A DNA stretch of 64,000 bases from NCBI GenBank assembly GCA_910588365.1, contig CAJUQS010000087.1, positions 39-64,038 on the forward strand, given 5' to 3'. The notes under the pieces were generated by a model. The model was not told where the DNA came from and searched no databases. It saw only the letters and a list, made by a program, of their open reading frames with translations. This stretch comes from an uncultured Oscillospiraceae bacterium. Lineage in GTDB: Bacteria > Bacillota > Clostridia > Oscillospirales > Oscillospiraceae. Of the stretch, positions 44,370 to 53,762 are shown piece after piece (the stretch's first letter is position 1; every line of letters begins with the position of its first letter). The translations under genes and the position numbers were made by a program.

Positions 44370-46166
44370 TCAAGCCAGCTGGAGCTGGTAGAGCTTGCGG
44401 TAGATGCCGTCCTGATCCAGCAGCTCCTGGTGGGTGCCGCTCTCCCGGATGCGGCCCTTGTGCATGACGATGATCTTGTCCGCGTGCTGAATGGTGGACA
44501 GCCGGTGGGCCACCATGATGGTGGTGCGCCCGGCCATCAGCGTCTCCAGGGCCTCCTGGATCCACTGCTCGGTCTCCGTGTCGATGTTGGCCGTGGCCTC
44601 GTCCAGGATGAGGATCCTGGGGTCAAAGGCCAGGGTGCGGGCAAAGGAGAGCAGCTGCCGCTGTCCGGCGGAGAAGGTGGCCCCCCGCTCGGAGACCTTC
44701 TCGTCGTAGCCCGCCGGAAGCCGCTCAATGAAGCGGCTGGCGTTGACCTGCCGGGCGGCCTCCACGATGGCCTCATCCGTGATATTCTCATTGCGCAGGC
44801 GGATGTTGCTGCGGATGTCCCCGGTGAAGATGAACACGTCCTGCTGGACCTGTCCGATGGCGGCGCGGATCTGGTCCCGGGTCAGATCCTTGATGTTGAC
44901 GCCGTCAATGAGGATCTCCCCCCGCTGGATATCGTAGTAGCGGCCGATGAGGTTCAGGATGGAGCTCTTGCCCGCGCCCGTGGCGCCCACGAAAGCCACC
45001 CGCTGGCCGGGCTCAATGACGAAGCTGACGTCCCGCAGGACAAAGTCCTCCCCGTCATAGGCGAACCAGACGTTTTTAAACTCAATGCGCCCTCTGACCT
45101 CCGGCAGGACCACCGGCTTTTCCTTCTCGTGAATCTGGGGCTTCTCGTCCAGCAGGGTAAAAATCTTCTCCGCCGAGGCCACCGCCGACTGGAGGGTGGA
45201 CAGCTGCTCCGCCAGATCCTGGATGGGCTCAAAGAAGGTCTTGATGTACTGGATGAAGATGTACATGGTGCCGAAGGATACCGTACCCGCCAGCACGCCG
45301 CTGGCACCCCCGGCGATGACCACCGCCATGGCAATGGTGGAGGACATGACAATGGTAGGCCGGAAGATTGCCCCCAGGGTGATCTCCCGGAAGAAGGCCC
45401 GGTGGAGCTGGCCGCTGCGGTCGGAGAACTCCTGGTACTTCTCCTTCTCACGGTGGAAGATCTGGATGACCTTCATGCCGGAGATGTTCTCAGAGAGAAA
45501 GGTATTCAAAGCCGTCAGCCGGGTCTTGCTCACCTGATAGGCCCGGCGGGAGAGGGTGCGGAACACCACGGTCAGCACCGTCACCACCGGCACCATCACA
45601 AAGGACAGCAGCGCCATGTGCACGTCCAGCAGCAGCATCACCACCGCCAGACCGGCGATCTTCACCACGTTCTTGAACAGCTTCACCAGGATGGTGGAGT
45701 AGAGCTCGTTGACCGACTCCACGTCGTTGGTGATGCGGGTGACTACCTTTCCCACCGGTGTCAGATCGAAAAACCGCATGGACAGGCTCTCCATATGGGC
45801 GAAGAGCTCCCGCCGCATCTCATAGATGATCTCCTGCCCCGTCTTCTGCAGCAGCAAAAACTGGACCCGGTTGCAGACAAACAGGGCCGCCAGCACGGCC
45901 ACGTACGCTCCCGCGGCGATGAGTACGCCGGTAAAGCGCTCCTCCACCGCCTCGCCGGGGGCGTAGCCCCCGGTGATGTAGCGGTCGATGGCGTTGCCGA
46001 TGAGGACGGGCTTGTAGAGCTCCAGGGCCGTGATGGCCAGCACCAGCACCAGGCAGAAGGCCATGGTCCCCACGTGGGGCCTCATGTAGGAGAGCATCCG
46101 CAGCACCGCGCTGCCCTCGTAGTGGATGTCCTCGGGTTCCTCCGTCTTTTTCCGGAACAGGCTCAC
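44370..46166 (-). CDS. ABC exporter half-transporter (TMD-NBD), consensus Walker B, non-canonical signature
   Basis: Walker A GATGAGKSS, signature FSAGQ, Walker B ILILDEAT, H-loop VAHR. Confidence 0.9.
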   Translation of the reverse strand: MSLFRKKTEEPEDIHYEGSAVLRMLSYMRPHVGTMAFCLVLVLAITALELYKPVLIGNAIDRYITGGYAPGEAVEERFTGVLIAAGAYVAVLAALFVCNRVQFLLLQKTGQEIIYEMRRELFAHMESLSMRFFDLTPVGKVVTRITNDVESVNELYSTILVKLFKNVVKIAGLAVVMLLLDVHMALLSFVMVPVVTVLTVVFRTLSRRAYQVSKTRLTALNTFLSENISGMKVIQIFHREKEKYQEFSDRSGQLHRAFFREITLGAIFRPTIVMSSTIAMAVVIAGGASGVLAGTVSFGTMYIFIQYIKTFFEPIQDLAEQLSTLQSAVASAEKIFTLLDEKPQIHEKEKPVVLPEVRGRIEFKNVWFAYDGEDFVLRDVSFVIEPGQRVAFVGATGAGKSSILNLIGRYYDIQRGEILIDGVNIKDLTRDQIRAAIGQVQQDVFIFTGDIRSNIRLRNENITDEAIVEAARQVNASRFIERLPAGYDEKVSERGATFSAGQRQLLSFARTLAFDPRILILDEATANIDTETEQWIQEALETLMAGRTTIMVAHRLSTIQHADKIIVMHKGRIRESGTHQELLDQDGIYRKLYQLQLA

Positions 46167-47929
46167 GACGCCTCGCCTCCTTCCTCCCGCAGCTGCTTCT
46201 CCAGCTGCTGCTTGTCGTAGATGGTCCGGTAGATGCCGCCCCTCTCAAGCAGCTCCCGGTGGGTGCCGTACTCCGCCGCCCGGCCGTCGTCCAGCACCAG
46301 GATGTGGTCCGCGTGCTGGATGGTGGAAATGCGGTGGGCGATGATGATGGTGGTCTTGCCCGCCCGGTTCTCGCCCAGGTTGCGGAGGATCTGCTCCTCC
46401 GTATCCGTGTCCACCGCCGAGAGGGCGTCGTCCAGTATGAGGATAGGCGCGTCCTTCAAAAGGGCCCGGGCGATGGCGCTGCGCTGCTTCTGGCCGCCGG
46501 AGAGGGTCACGCCCCGCTCCCCCACCATGGTGTCGTAGCCCGCGGGAAAGTCCATAATGTTGTTGTGGATGCAGGCGGCCTGGGCGGCCTTGTGGATCTC
46601 CTCCCTGCTTTTCCACTCCGCGCCGAAGGCGATGTTGTGCTCCAGGGTGTCGGAGAAGAGGAAGTTGTCCTGGGGCACATAGGCGATGTCCTGGCGCAGC
46701 ACCGCCAGTGGGATGCGGCACAGGGGGTGGCCGTCAATGCGGATCATGTCGCTTTTCGTGTTGTACAGCCGCAGCAGCAGGTTGGCCAGGGTGGTCTTGC
46801 CGCTGCCCGTGCGGCCCAGGACGGCCAGGGTGCTGCCCCTCTCCACGTGTACTTTGATGGACTCCAGCACCGGCACGTCCGACTGGTCCGGGTAGGCGAA
46901 GGTCAAACCGTCCAGGTCAATCTCCCCCCGGAGGCCCCGGATGTCCTCCACGTCCTCGCTGTCCACGATGTCCGGCTGCTCCCGGAGGATTGCCCGGATG
47001 CGCTTGACGCTGGCCATCCCCTGGGAGATGAAGGTGATGCACTCGCCGGCGGCCAGCATGGGCCAGACCAGCATGGCGATGTAGAGGTTGAACGCCTCGA
47101 ACTGGCCCAGGGAGATCTCCCCCGCAATGGCCAGGTAGCCGCCGTACAGCAGGGTCAGAAGCCCCGAGAGGCCCACCACCAGATCCAGCAGGGGCATGAA
47201 CAGGGCCTCCGTCCGGGCCACGCCCATGTTCCGCTCCTTGTTCTTCTGATTGGTCACCGCGAAGGCCGCCAGCTCCCGCCGCTCCTGGACGAAGCTCTTG
47301 ATGACCCGGATGCCGCTGACCGCCTCCTGGACCTGGTCCGTCAGATCGGAGAAGGCCGCCTGCTTGGCCAGGAACTTCCGGTGCATCACCTTTCCGTAAA
47401 AGTAGTCCCCGTACATGATGAGCAGCAGGGGCAGCGCCGCCACCAGCGTCAGCTTCAGGTTCACGTACCGCACCATCTTCCACAGCACCATCACCAGCAT
47501 CACCGACGCGTCGAAGGCCGTCACCACCGTGGGGCCCAGCAGCATCTGCACCGCGCGCATGTCATTGGTGAAGTGTGCCATCAGATCCCCGGTCTTGTGC
47601 TCGTTGAAGTAGCGCATGGACAGCTTCTCCAGGTGGGCGAACAGATCCTCCTGCAGGTCCCTTCGGATCGTCAGTCCCGTGCCGAAGATGAAAAACCGCC
47701 AGCCGAACCGGCCCACGGCCATCCCCAGGCCCATCAGCAGGATGAGCCCCACCAGGCGCCACACCCCGTCCATGGTCATGGTCCCCGCCCGGAGGCCGTC
47801 GGTGATCTGGCCGGTGAACTGGGGGATGTAGACGTTCATCAAGTCCACCCCCGCCAGGGCGGTGATCCCCAGCAGGTACCGGAGCCAGTGGGTCCGGACG
47901 TATCTGCCAATCAATTTCAGTTCTCCCAT
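46163..47929 (-). CDS. ABC exporter half-transporter (TMD-NBD), degenerate Walker B
   Basis: Walker A GRTGSGKTT, signature LSGGQ, Walker B ILILDDAL (Asp replaces the catalytic Glu). 4-nt overlap with its partner. Confidence 0.9.
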   Translation of the reverse strand: MGELKLIGRYVRTHWLRYLLGITALAGVDLMNVYIPQFTGQITDGLRAGTMTMDGVWRLVGLILLMGLGMAVGRFGWRFFIFGTGLTIRRDLQEDLFAHLEKLSMRYFNEHKTGDLMAHFTNDMRAVQMLLGPTVVTAFDASVMLVMVLWKMVRYVNLKLTLVAALPLLLIMYGDYFYGKVMHRKFLAKQAAFSDLTDQVQEAVSGIRVIKSFVQERRELAAFAVTNQKNKERNMGVARTEALFMPLLDLVVGLSGLLTLLYGGYLAIAGEISLGQFEAFNLYIAMLVWPMLAAGECITFISQGMASVKRIRAILREQPDIVDSEDVEDIRGLRGEIDLDGLTFAYPDQSDVPVLESIKVHVERGSTLAVLGRTGSGKTTLANLLLRLYNTKSDMIRIDGHPLCRIPLAVLRQDIAYVPQDNFLFSDTLEHNIAFGAEWKSREEIHKAAQAACIHNNIMDFPAGYDTMVGERGVTLSGGQKQRSAIARALLKDAPILILDDALSAVDTDTEEQILRNLGENRAGKTTIIIAHRISTIQHADHILVLDDGRAAEYGTHRELLERGGIYRTIYDKQQLEKQLREEGGEAS

Positions 47930-48122
47930 GTCCTCCCCCTATGAAAATCCGTATTCACACCCGGCGGACAAACCCGGCGGGACATGTTTTCCTATTGTAG
48001 CATTCCAAAAGCCGGATCACAAGGATTTTCTTCAAAATTTTCCGCTGTCTGCCAAAAATTTTCGCGCCCTGCCGCAACAGGCGGCAGGGCGCGCTCTATT
48101 CCGCCGCCCGGGGCGGCGGACG

Positions 48123-49526
48123 CTACACGGTCTTCTCAAAATAGGCGAAGGTTTCATCCTCCCCGCCGGGCCGCATACAGGCCTCCAGCATCCTCCTGGA
48201 GGCTTCGTTTTCATGGAAGCACTTGGCTCTCAGACGGCACAGCCCCAGCTCGTAGAGGCTCCACTCCGCCGCCCGGCGGAAGGCCTCCCTGCCGTAGCCG
48301 CTGCCGGCAAACTCCGGCAGGATGCGGCAGCCCAGCTCCGCGCTCCCTTTGCAGTCAAACTGGTAGAGCACCGTCTCGCCGATGATCTGTCCGTCCAGCC
48401 GAACGGCGAAGTTCACCGCCAGCTTGCCGGCAAAATCCCGGCGGGCCACCTCCAGGAAGTAGTCCTCCGTCAGCTCCCCGTCCAGATCCTCCCGGTAGTC
48501 GTAGCCCCACCAGCGGTTGCGCTCATCGTCCAGGCACAGCCGGTTGTACGCCTCCCGGTCCTCCGGCCGGAGGGCGTCCAGGGTCAGCCGATCGCTCTCC
48601 AGCGCGGGAATCTCGTCCAGAAAGGACAGCTCGTTCCGGGCCGTCAGGCGGATTTTGTGCCCCATGTCCGCGGGCAGATACTGGAGCTTGCTGGTGCGCA
48701 GGCCCCGGTCCCCGGCGTCGTCCTCCCGGTTGATCCACGTCAGGCCCTCGCTGTGGGCCGCGGCAAAGGACTGGACCATGAAGGGGTACACCCCCTCGTA
48801 CTGGGGCAGGCCCTTCTCAATGTGGCAGACCAGGGTGCCGCCGCAGACCTCCCCCATGGAGATGGCCAGCAGCCTGCCCTCCAGCTCCACGCACCCGGCC
48901 AGCACCCAGCTCTTGCCCACCTGACGCATCAGCTTCCGGGCGTAGCACAGCTCCTTTTTCGCCAGGGCGTCGGCCTTGTTGAATATCTGGTGGAACTCCT
49001 CCCAGAATTCCTCCACCTTCTCCCCGTCCTCCTCCGTCAGCTCCCGGTAGACGGCGTCCGGGTAGAGCTTGCGGAACTTGTTGATGTGGTTGCGCTGGCC
49101 GGAGTACCGCCGCCCGGCAAAGGTGGACAGGTCCTCCGCCCGGTAGAGGTAGTCGTGCCAGAGCCGGTCGTTGTCCACGGTCGTATAGGGGTAGCGCTCC
49201 ATCAGGTGCTCCCGCTCCTCCGCGGGCACCACGCCGAAGGCGGGCATTACCCCCTTCCGGACGCACCAGGCGTCGATCTCGTCCAGCGCCGCGTCCACGT
49301 CCCCCTCGTTGGGCAGGGGGACCGGGTAGTCAAACAGGGGGCCGTGGTGGGGGCTGTGGTTGAGCACCACCAGGCATCCGTTGGTCTCGGCGTACTCCGG
49401 GTGCCAGTGCTCCCGCCACATGAGCTTCACCCCGGCGGAGTACTCGCACAGGCGGTAGGTACAGTTTGCGTAATATTTGCGCAGCCGGGCCGCGCTCTTT
49501 ACTTGTATCGGTTTGAAATCCAGCAT
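48123..49526 (-). CDS. DUF2156 (aminoacyl-PG synthase-like) domain fused to a GNAT N-acetyltransferase domain
   Basis: The N-terminal two thirds resemble DUF2156 (MLDFKPI start, RNHINKF). The C-terminal ~170 aa is RimJ/RimL-like GNAT (GCRILPEFAGSGYGREA). ATG M14 chosen. Confidence 0.7.
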   Translation of the reverse strand: MLDFKPIQVKSAARLRKYYANCTYRLCEYSAGVKLMWREHWHPEYAETNGCLVVLNHSPHHGPLFDYPVPLPNEGDVDAALDEIDAWCVRKGVMPAFGVVPAEEREHLMERYPYTTVDNDRLWHDYLYRAEDLSTFAGRRYSGQRNHINKFRKLYPDAVYRELTEEDGEKVEEFWEEFHQIFNKADALAKKELCYARKLMRQVGKSWVLAGCVELEGRLLAISMGEVCGGTLVCHIEKGLPQYEGVYPFMVQSFAAAHSEGLTWINREDDAGDRGLRTSKLQYLPADMGHKIRLTARNELSFLDEIPALESDRLTLDALRPEDREAYNRLCLDDERNRWWGYDYREDLDGELTEDYFLEVARRDFAGKLAVNFAVRLDGQIIGETVLYQFDCKGSAELGCRILPEFAGSGYGREAFRRAAEWSLYELGLCRLRAKCFHENEASRRMLEACMRPGGEDETFAYFEKTV

Positions 49527-49539
49527 AAATTTTTTGCGC

Positions 49540-50430
49540 TCACTTCTCTTTCGGCTTATTTTCATCCACCAGATGGACGTTCAGATGGTTGTAGGTCATG
49601 GTAATGCCGTCCTCGGCAAAGCTCTGGCGGATCCCCTCCAGGACCGCGTTGTGGGCGTCCCAGAAGTGCTCCGTCCTCGTCCAGAAGCGGACATGGTACT
49701 CGATGGCGCTCTCCCCGTAGGCCGTCACCACCACCGCGGGCAACGGGTCCGGCAGGATGTTCTCCGTCCGGGAGACCGCCCGGAGGCAGGCGGCACGGAC
49801 CGCCTGGGCGCTGTCGTCATAGGAGGCGCAGACCGTGAGGTCCGCCCGCCGGACGCCCCGCACGGAATAGTTGACAATCTTCCCGGCCACCAGCCTGCTG
49901 TTGGGCAGCATCACCCGCTGCCCGGAGAAGGTGTCCAGCTTGGTGTGGGTCAGCGTGATCTCCTCCACCTCCCCCTCGCCGTCCCCGGTGTCCACATAGT
50001 CCCCCAGGGAGAAGGGCTTGGTAAACAGCAGCACCATCCCGCCGGCCACGTTGCTGAGCACGTCCTGAACCGCCAGGGACACGGCCAGGCCCAGCACGCT
50101 GACCATGGCGATCAGGCTGGTCACGTCGATGCCCAGGCTCCCGGCCACAATCAGGGCGGCCAGCAGATACAGCAGCGTCCGGACGCCCCGGATTACGTAG
50201 CGCCTGACCCGCCCGTCCATGGAGGACCGGGCCGCCAGCCGCTCCACCAGCGCCATCGCCAGCCGCGCCGCCGCCAGGCAGGCCAGCAGCAGCACCAGCG
50301 TGGAGAGCAGTTTCCCCACACTCAGCCTTCCCAGGCTGGCGCTCATCCATTCCCCCAGGGCGGAGACCGGATCCCCGGTGCTCACTTCCTCCAGTATCGC
50401 GGAGGCATCGACCCCATTTCCTGACATCAT
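49540..50430 (-). CDS. Mechanosensitive ion channel (MscS family)
   Basis: VQDVLSNVAGGMVLLFTKPFSLGDYV...GEVEEITLTHTKL. ATG 50430 directly after AAGGAG. Confidence 0.85.
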   Translation of the reverse strand: MMSGNGVDASAILEEVSTGDPVSALGEWMSASLGRLSVGKLLSTLVLLLACLAAARLAMALVERLAARSSMDGRVRRYVIRGVRTLLYLLAALIVAGSLGIDVTSLIAMVSVLGLAVSLAVQDVLSNVAGGMVLLFTKPFSLGDYVDTGDGEGEVEEITLTHTKLDTFSGQRVMLPNSRLVAGKIVNYSVRGVRRADLTVCASYDDSAQAVRAACLRAVSRTENILPDPLPAVVVTAYGESAIEYHVRFWTRTEHFWDAHNAVLEGIRQSFAEDGITMTYNHLNVHLVDENKPKEK

Positions 50431-50721
50431 AGCACTCCTTTCTTTCGGAATACGGGGCTGTCTTCCGCCCCCGATGCAGTATGATACCATATTTTTGTAG
50501 CGGTGAGAAGCAAAACTTTTTCTTTTTAGTGTATTTCCGATGGGAATTGGGAAAAGTTGGACAAACCATTCCCTAAAAATCTGTTAGCTTGCACAAAAAA
50601 TTTTTTGATTTCATGTCAAGACTTTTCTTTTCCGCTCTTTTCGTGTAAAATACCATCATCACCATTTTGAAGTGGGGGCGGAACGGCCCCCTCTGCAGTT
50701 TACGAAAGAGGAGGAGAAAGT

Positions 50722-52059
50722 ATGGATAAGTTCTTTAAGATCTCCGAGCGGGGCAGCAACGTCCGCACCGAGATCGTAGGCGGCATCGTGACCTTTTTCT
50801 CGATGGCCTACATTATCTTCGTCAACCCCAACTACCTGTCCGCCGCCGGCATGAACTGGCACGCCGTCATGCTGGCCACCTGCATCAGCGCCGCCATCGG
50901 CTGTTTCCTGACGGCCATGCTGGCCAATGTCCCCTTCGCCCAGGCCCCCGGCATGGGGCTCAACGCCTTTTTCACCTACACCCTCTGCTTCGGCATGGGG
51001 TACACCTGGCAGCAGGGTCTGGCCATCGTCCTCGTCAGCGGCCTGCTGTTCCTGGCGGTGACCCTCTCCCCCCTGCGCAGCAAGATCATCGCCTCCATTC
51101 CCGCTGATCTGAAGGCGGCCATCTCCGCCGGCATCGGCCTGTTCATCACCTTTATCGGCATGCTGAACGCCGACATCGTCAAGCTCATCGGCGACACGGT
51201 GGAGGACGGCGTGGTGGTGGCCACCGACTACTCCGACATGGGCAACATCCTCCACGGGCCCGCCCTGCTGGCACTCATCGGCCTGCTGATCATCTCTGTC
51301 CTTCTGGCCTACAAGGTCAAGGGCGCCATCTTTATCGGCATCATCGTCACCACCATTATCGGCGTGCCCATGGGGCTGACGGTTTACAACCCCGATCCCG
51401 TCAGCTTCTCCGTGCTGGGCGAGACCTTCGGCAAGCTGAGCTTCTCCGGCATCTTCGCCGTGGACGGCGGCGTGCTGGCCTTCATCACCGCGGTTATCAC
51501 CTTCTTCATCTGCGACTGCTTTGACACCGTGGGCACCCTCATCGGCACCGCCCGCTCCGCCGGGATGCTGGATCGCCGGGGCAACCTGCCCGGCGGCGAC
51601 CGGGCCCTCATCGCCGACGCCGTCGCCACCTGCACCGGCGCCATTTTCGGCACCTCCACCGTCACCACCTTCGTGGAGTCCTCCACTGGCATCGCCGAAG
51701 GCGCCCGGACGGGTCTGAGCTCCCTGGTGGTGGGCGCGCTGTTCCTGCTCAGCTGCTTCTTCGCCCCCATCGCCGGCATCGTGCCCTCCGCCGCCACCGC
51801 CCCCGCCCTCATCATCGTTGGCGTGTTCATGCTCAAGAGCGCGGCGGAGATCGCCTGGGACGACATGGAGATCGCCATCCCCTGCTTCCTGACCATCGTC
51901 ACCATGCCCTTTGCCTACAGCATCGGCGACGGCATCGGCTTCGGCTTCATCTCCTACTCCCTGATCAAGCTGGCGAGGGGGAAGGCCAAGGAGGTCCCCG
52001 TGCTGATCTACGTCCTCTCCGTGGCTTTCGCGGCTATGTTCCTGCTGACCTACCTCTGA
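50722..52059 (+). CDS. NCS2/AzgA family purine (adenine/guanine/hypoxanthine) permease
   Basis: FKISERGSNVRTEIVGGIVTFFSMAYIIFVNP is a typical AzgA/PbuG N-terminus. 445 aa. Confidence 0.9.
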   Translation: MDKFFKISERGSNVRTEIVGGIVTFFSMAYIIFVNPNYLSAAGMNWHAVMLATCISAAIGCFLTAMLANVPFAQAPGMGLNAFFTYTLCFGMGYTWQQGLAIVLVSGLLFLAVTLSPLRSKIIASIPADLKAAISAGIGLFITFIGMLNADIVKLIGDTVEDGVVVATDYSDMGNILHGPALLALIGLLIISVLLAYKVKGAIFIGIIVTTIIGVPMGLTVYNPDPVSFSVLGETFGKLSFSGIFAVDGGVLAFITAVITFFICDCFDTVGTLIGTARSAGMLDRRGNLPGGDRALIADAVATCTGAIFGTSTVTTFVESSTGIAEGARTGLSSLVVGALFLLSCFFAPIAGIVPSAATAPALIIVGVFMLKSAAEIAWDDMEIAIPCFLTIVTMPFAYSIGDGIGFGFISYSLIKLARGKAKEVPVLIYVLSVAFAAMFLLTYL

Positions 52060-52100
52060 TACTTTTTCTTGAAAGAAAACGTATCAAAAGAACGTTAAAA
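52059..52100 (-). repeat. Family-1 hairpin repeat, copy H (short hairpin degenerate)
   Basis: ATACTTTTTCTTGAAAGAAAACGTAT (52059-52084) + CAAAAGAACGTT. Overlaps the last base of the permease stop codon. Confidence 0.8.
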
Positions 52101-52284
52101 TCGGGACTTAAAGCTCTGTTATCCCTGCATTCCTGCCCGGTAACGTTTTTGCGTTTTAATGGGGAATCGTATAAGGATAATCTGATTCAATCCCCGCAGG
52201 CACCTGGGGCCGCTGTCCATTTGGACAGCGGCCCCAGGTGCTTTATCTATGCCGTCAGCGGCTCTGCTCCTTTTTCTCCACTCC

Positions 52285-52449
52285 CTACCGCGTTATGACC
52301 GGCTTCCCCTCGCTGTCCAGCAGCGGCGTGAAGCCCGCCGCCGCCGAGCCGTCCCTGTGGAACACGTAGTTGACGCCCGTCTCACGGTCCACCCAGATTT
52401 CCGTCACCTCAATAGTCCCCTGGCTGTAAACTTTTTCAAATCTTTTCAT
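52285..52449 (-). CDS. Small hypothetical protein (54 aa)
   Basis: MKRFEKVYSQGTIEVTEIWVDRETGVNYVFH... SD GGAGGAA. Lies between inverted repeat copies H and I. Confidence 0.6.
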   Translation of the reverse strand: MKRFEKVYSQGTIEVTEIWVDRETGVNYVFHRDGSAAAGFTPLLDSEGKPVITR

Positions 52450-52464
52450 GATGATTCCTCCAAT

Positions 52465-52500
52465 AAAGTTCTTTTGATACTTCTCTTTCAAAAAAAGTAT
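52465..52500 (+). repeat. Family-1 hairpin repeat, copy I (partial)
   Basis: AAAGTTCTTTTG + ATACTTCTCTTTCAAAAAAAGTAT (52477-52500). Confidence 0.75.
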
Positions 52501-52507
52501 GACTGCC

Positions 52508-53035
52508 TCAGCCCCTCTGCCGCTCCAGCTCCTTGATTTTCCAGGAGCAGCGCCAGACGGCCCGCAGAACGACGGCGATGAACACGATGTAGAATCCCAC
52601 AAGGCACCGGGCCCACAGGCTGCCGGGGAAGCTGAGCAGATTGGTCCACCCGCTCACGGAGGCGCACAGCTCTATCACCAGCAGCCAGGTGAACAGGGCC
52701 CGTATCCGCCGGTACATGGCGATTTGGGAGTCTAAGTCCGTGTAGATCTCGAAGGGCCCCTCCTCCGCCCGCTTGCGGAGATAGACCCACCGGCCCCACC
52801 GCTGGATCACCTCCACCCCGGTGTCGTGCATGAACTCCACGTAGCCCTCGTAGTCGTCCGCCCGGAGTCCCGCCCCCGGCAGCAGGTCGATCTGGTAGAT
52901 GTACTCTCCCGGCTGGCAGGGGACAAAGGTAACCACCCCGACGAAAAAGCCGGCCATGGCCCAGCCCTGCTGGCAGTACTCATTGATCCAGTCCTGTTCG
53001 TCATCCTTGTCAAAGGTGAATTTCCATCGAATCAT
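52508..53035 (-). CDS. DUF2812 domain membrane protein
   Basis: FDKDDEQDWINEYCQQGWAM... plus C-terminal TM helices. ATGA overlap with the PadR gene. Confidence 0.8.
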   Translation of the reverse strand: MIRWKFTFDKDDEQDWINEYCQQGWAMAGFFVGVVTFVPCQPGEYIYQIDLLPGAGLRADDYEGYVEFMHDTGVEVIQRWGRWVYLRKRAEEGPFEIYTDLDSQIAMYRRIRALFTWLLVIELCASVSGWTNLLSFPGSLWARCLVGFYIVFIAVVLRAVWRCSWKIKELERQRG

Positions 53036-53352
53036 GACGTTTCCTCCATTTTTTCGCCGTTTGCCACCAGCTCCCGCAGCCGCTCCAGCTCCGCGGCGAA
53101 TACCGCCCGGCCCTCCGGGGTAATGACGTACTCCTTCTTCCTCCGGGAGCCGGCCTCGGCACTGTAGAGCCGGATCCAGCCCTTGTCCAGCAGGGAATTG
53201 ATGGCCCCGTACAGGGTCCCGGGCCCCAGGTTCACCCGCCCGCCGGTCAGCTCCGCCGCCTCCTGTATGATGCCGTATCCGTGGACTGGCTTTCGGACCG
53301 CCAGAAGGATGTAAAACAGAGCCTCGGTCAGAGGCTGGTTCTTACTCTCCAC
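53032..53352 (-). CDS. PadR family transcriptional regulator
   Basis: LFYILLAVRKPVHGYGIIQEAAELTGGRVNLGPGTLYGAINSLLDKGWI. GTG start. Confidence 0.9.
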   Translation of the reverse strand: MESKNQPLTEALFYILLAVRKPVHGYGIIQEAAELTGGRVNLGPGTLYGAINSLLDKGWIRLYSAEAGSRRKKEYVITPEGRAVFAAELERLRELVANGEKMEETS

Positions 53353-53554
53353 AGCGCAGCCACTTACGCTTCCAGTCTCGGATCCGCACCATAGCCGTAT
53401 CCGGCAGCAGGCTTGCCAGCAGAAATACCATCGCTATGCCCAGCACAAACCCCATCAGGAAGTCCGGGATACCGGGCAGCAAGTTGTTAGCCGCCAGGTA
53501 GAGCAGGCCCAGCAGGCCCCCAGCAGCGGCAAATTTCTTTTTCAGCGAATTCAT
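53342..53554 (-). CDS. Small hypothetical membrane protein (70 aa)
   Basis: Two hydrophobic helices. First gene of the PadR/DUF2812 trio. 11-nt overlap with the PadR gene. Confidence 0.55.
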   Translation of the reverse strand: MNSLKKKFAAAGGLLGLLYLAANNLLPGIPDFLMGFVLGIAMVFLLASLLPDTAMVRIRDWKRKWLRCGE

Positions 53555-53694
53555 AATACGATCTCCAATCTATCAAATTTTGATATATCGTCTAACGATA
53601 TGTTTAATATATCATATCCCGATATATTTGTCAACCCTCCGGCGCCAAAAATACAGGGAGCGCAGACGCGCCCCCTGTACCAATGGATTCAGCA

Positions 53695-53760
53695 GCGGCA
53701 AAGCAGCCCTCTGCCGCAAATGTTCTTTTTGGCTCCTTCTTCCTTCAGGAAAAAGGAACG
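53695..53760 (+). repeat. Family-1-like bipartite hairpin repeat, copy J (diverged)
   Basis: GCGGCAAAGCAGCCCTCTGCCGC + AAATGTTCTTTTTG + imperfect hairpin ..CCTTCAGGAAAAAGGAAC. Abuts the potCD stop codon. Confidence 0.65.
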
Positions 53761-53762
53761 CG

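Noticed and set aside
50500-50721. Purine riboswitch upstream of the NCS2 purine permease
   Set aside because: The leader lacks the conserved purine-aptamer elements (UAUAAU...loop-loop motifs...CCGACUA), and no three-way junction could be drawn. It may still hold another regulator site.
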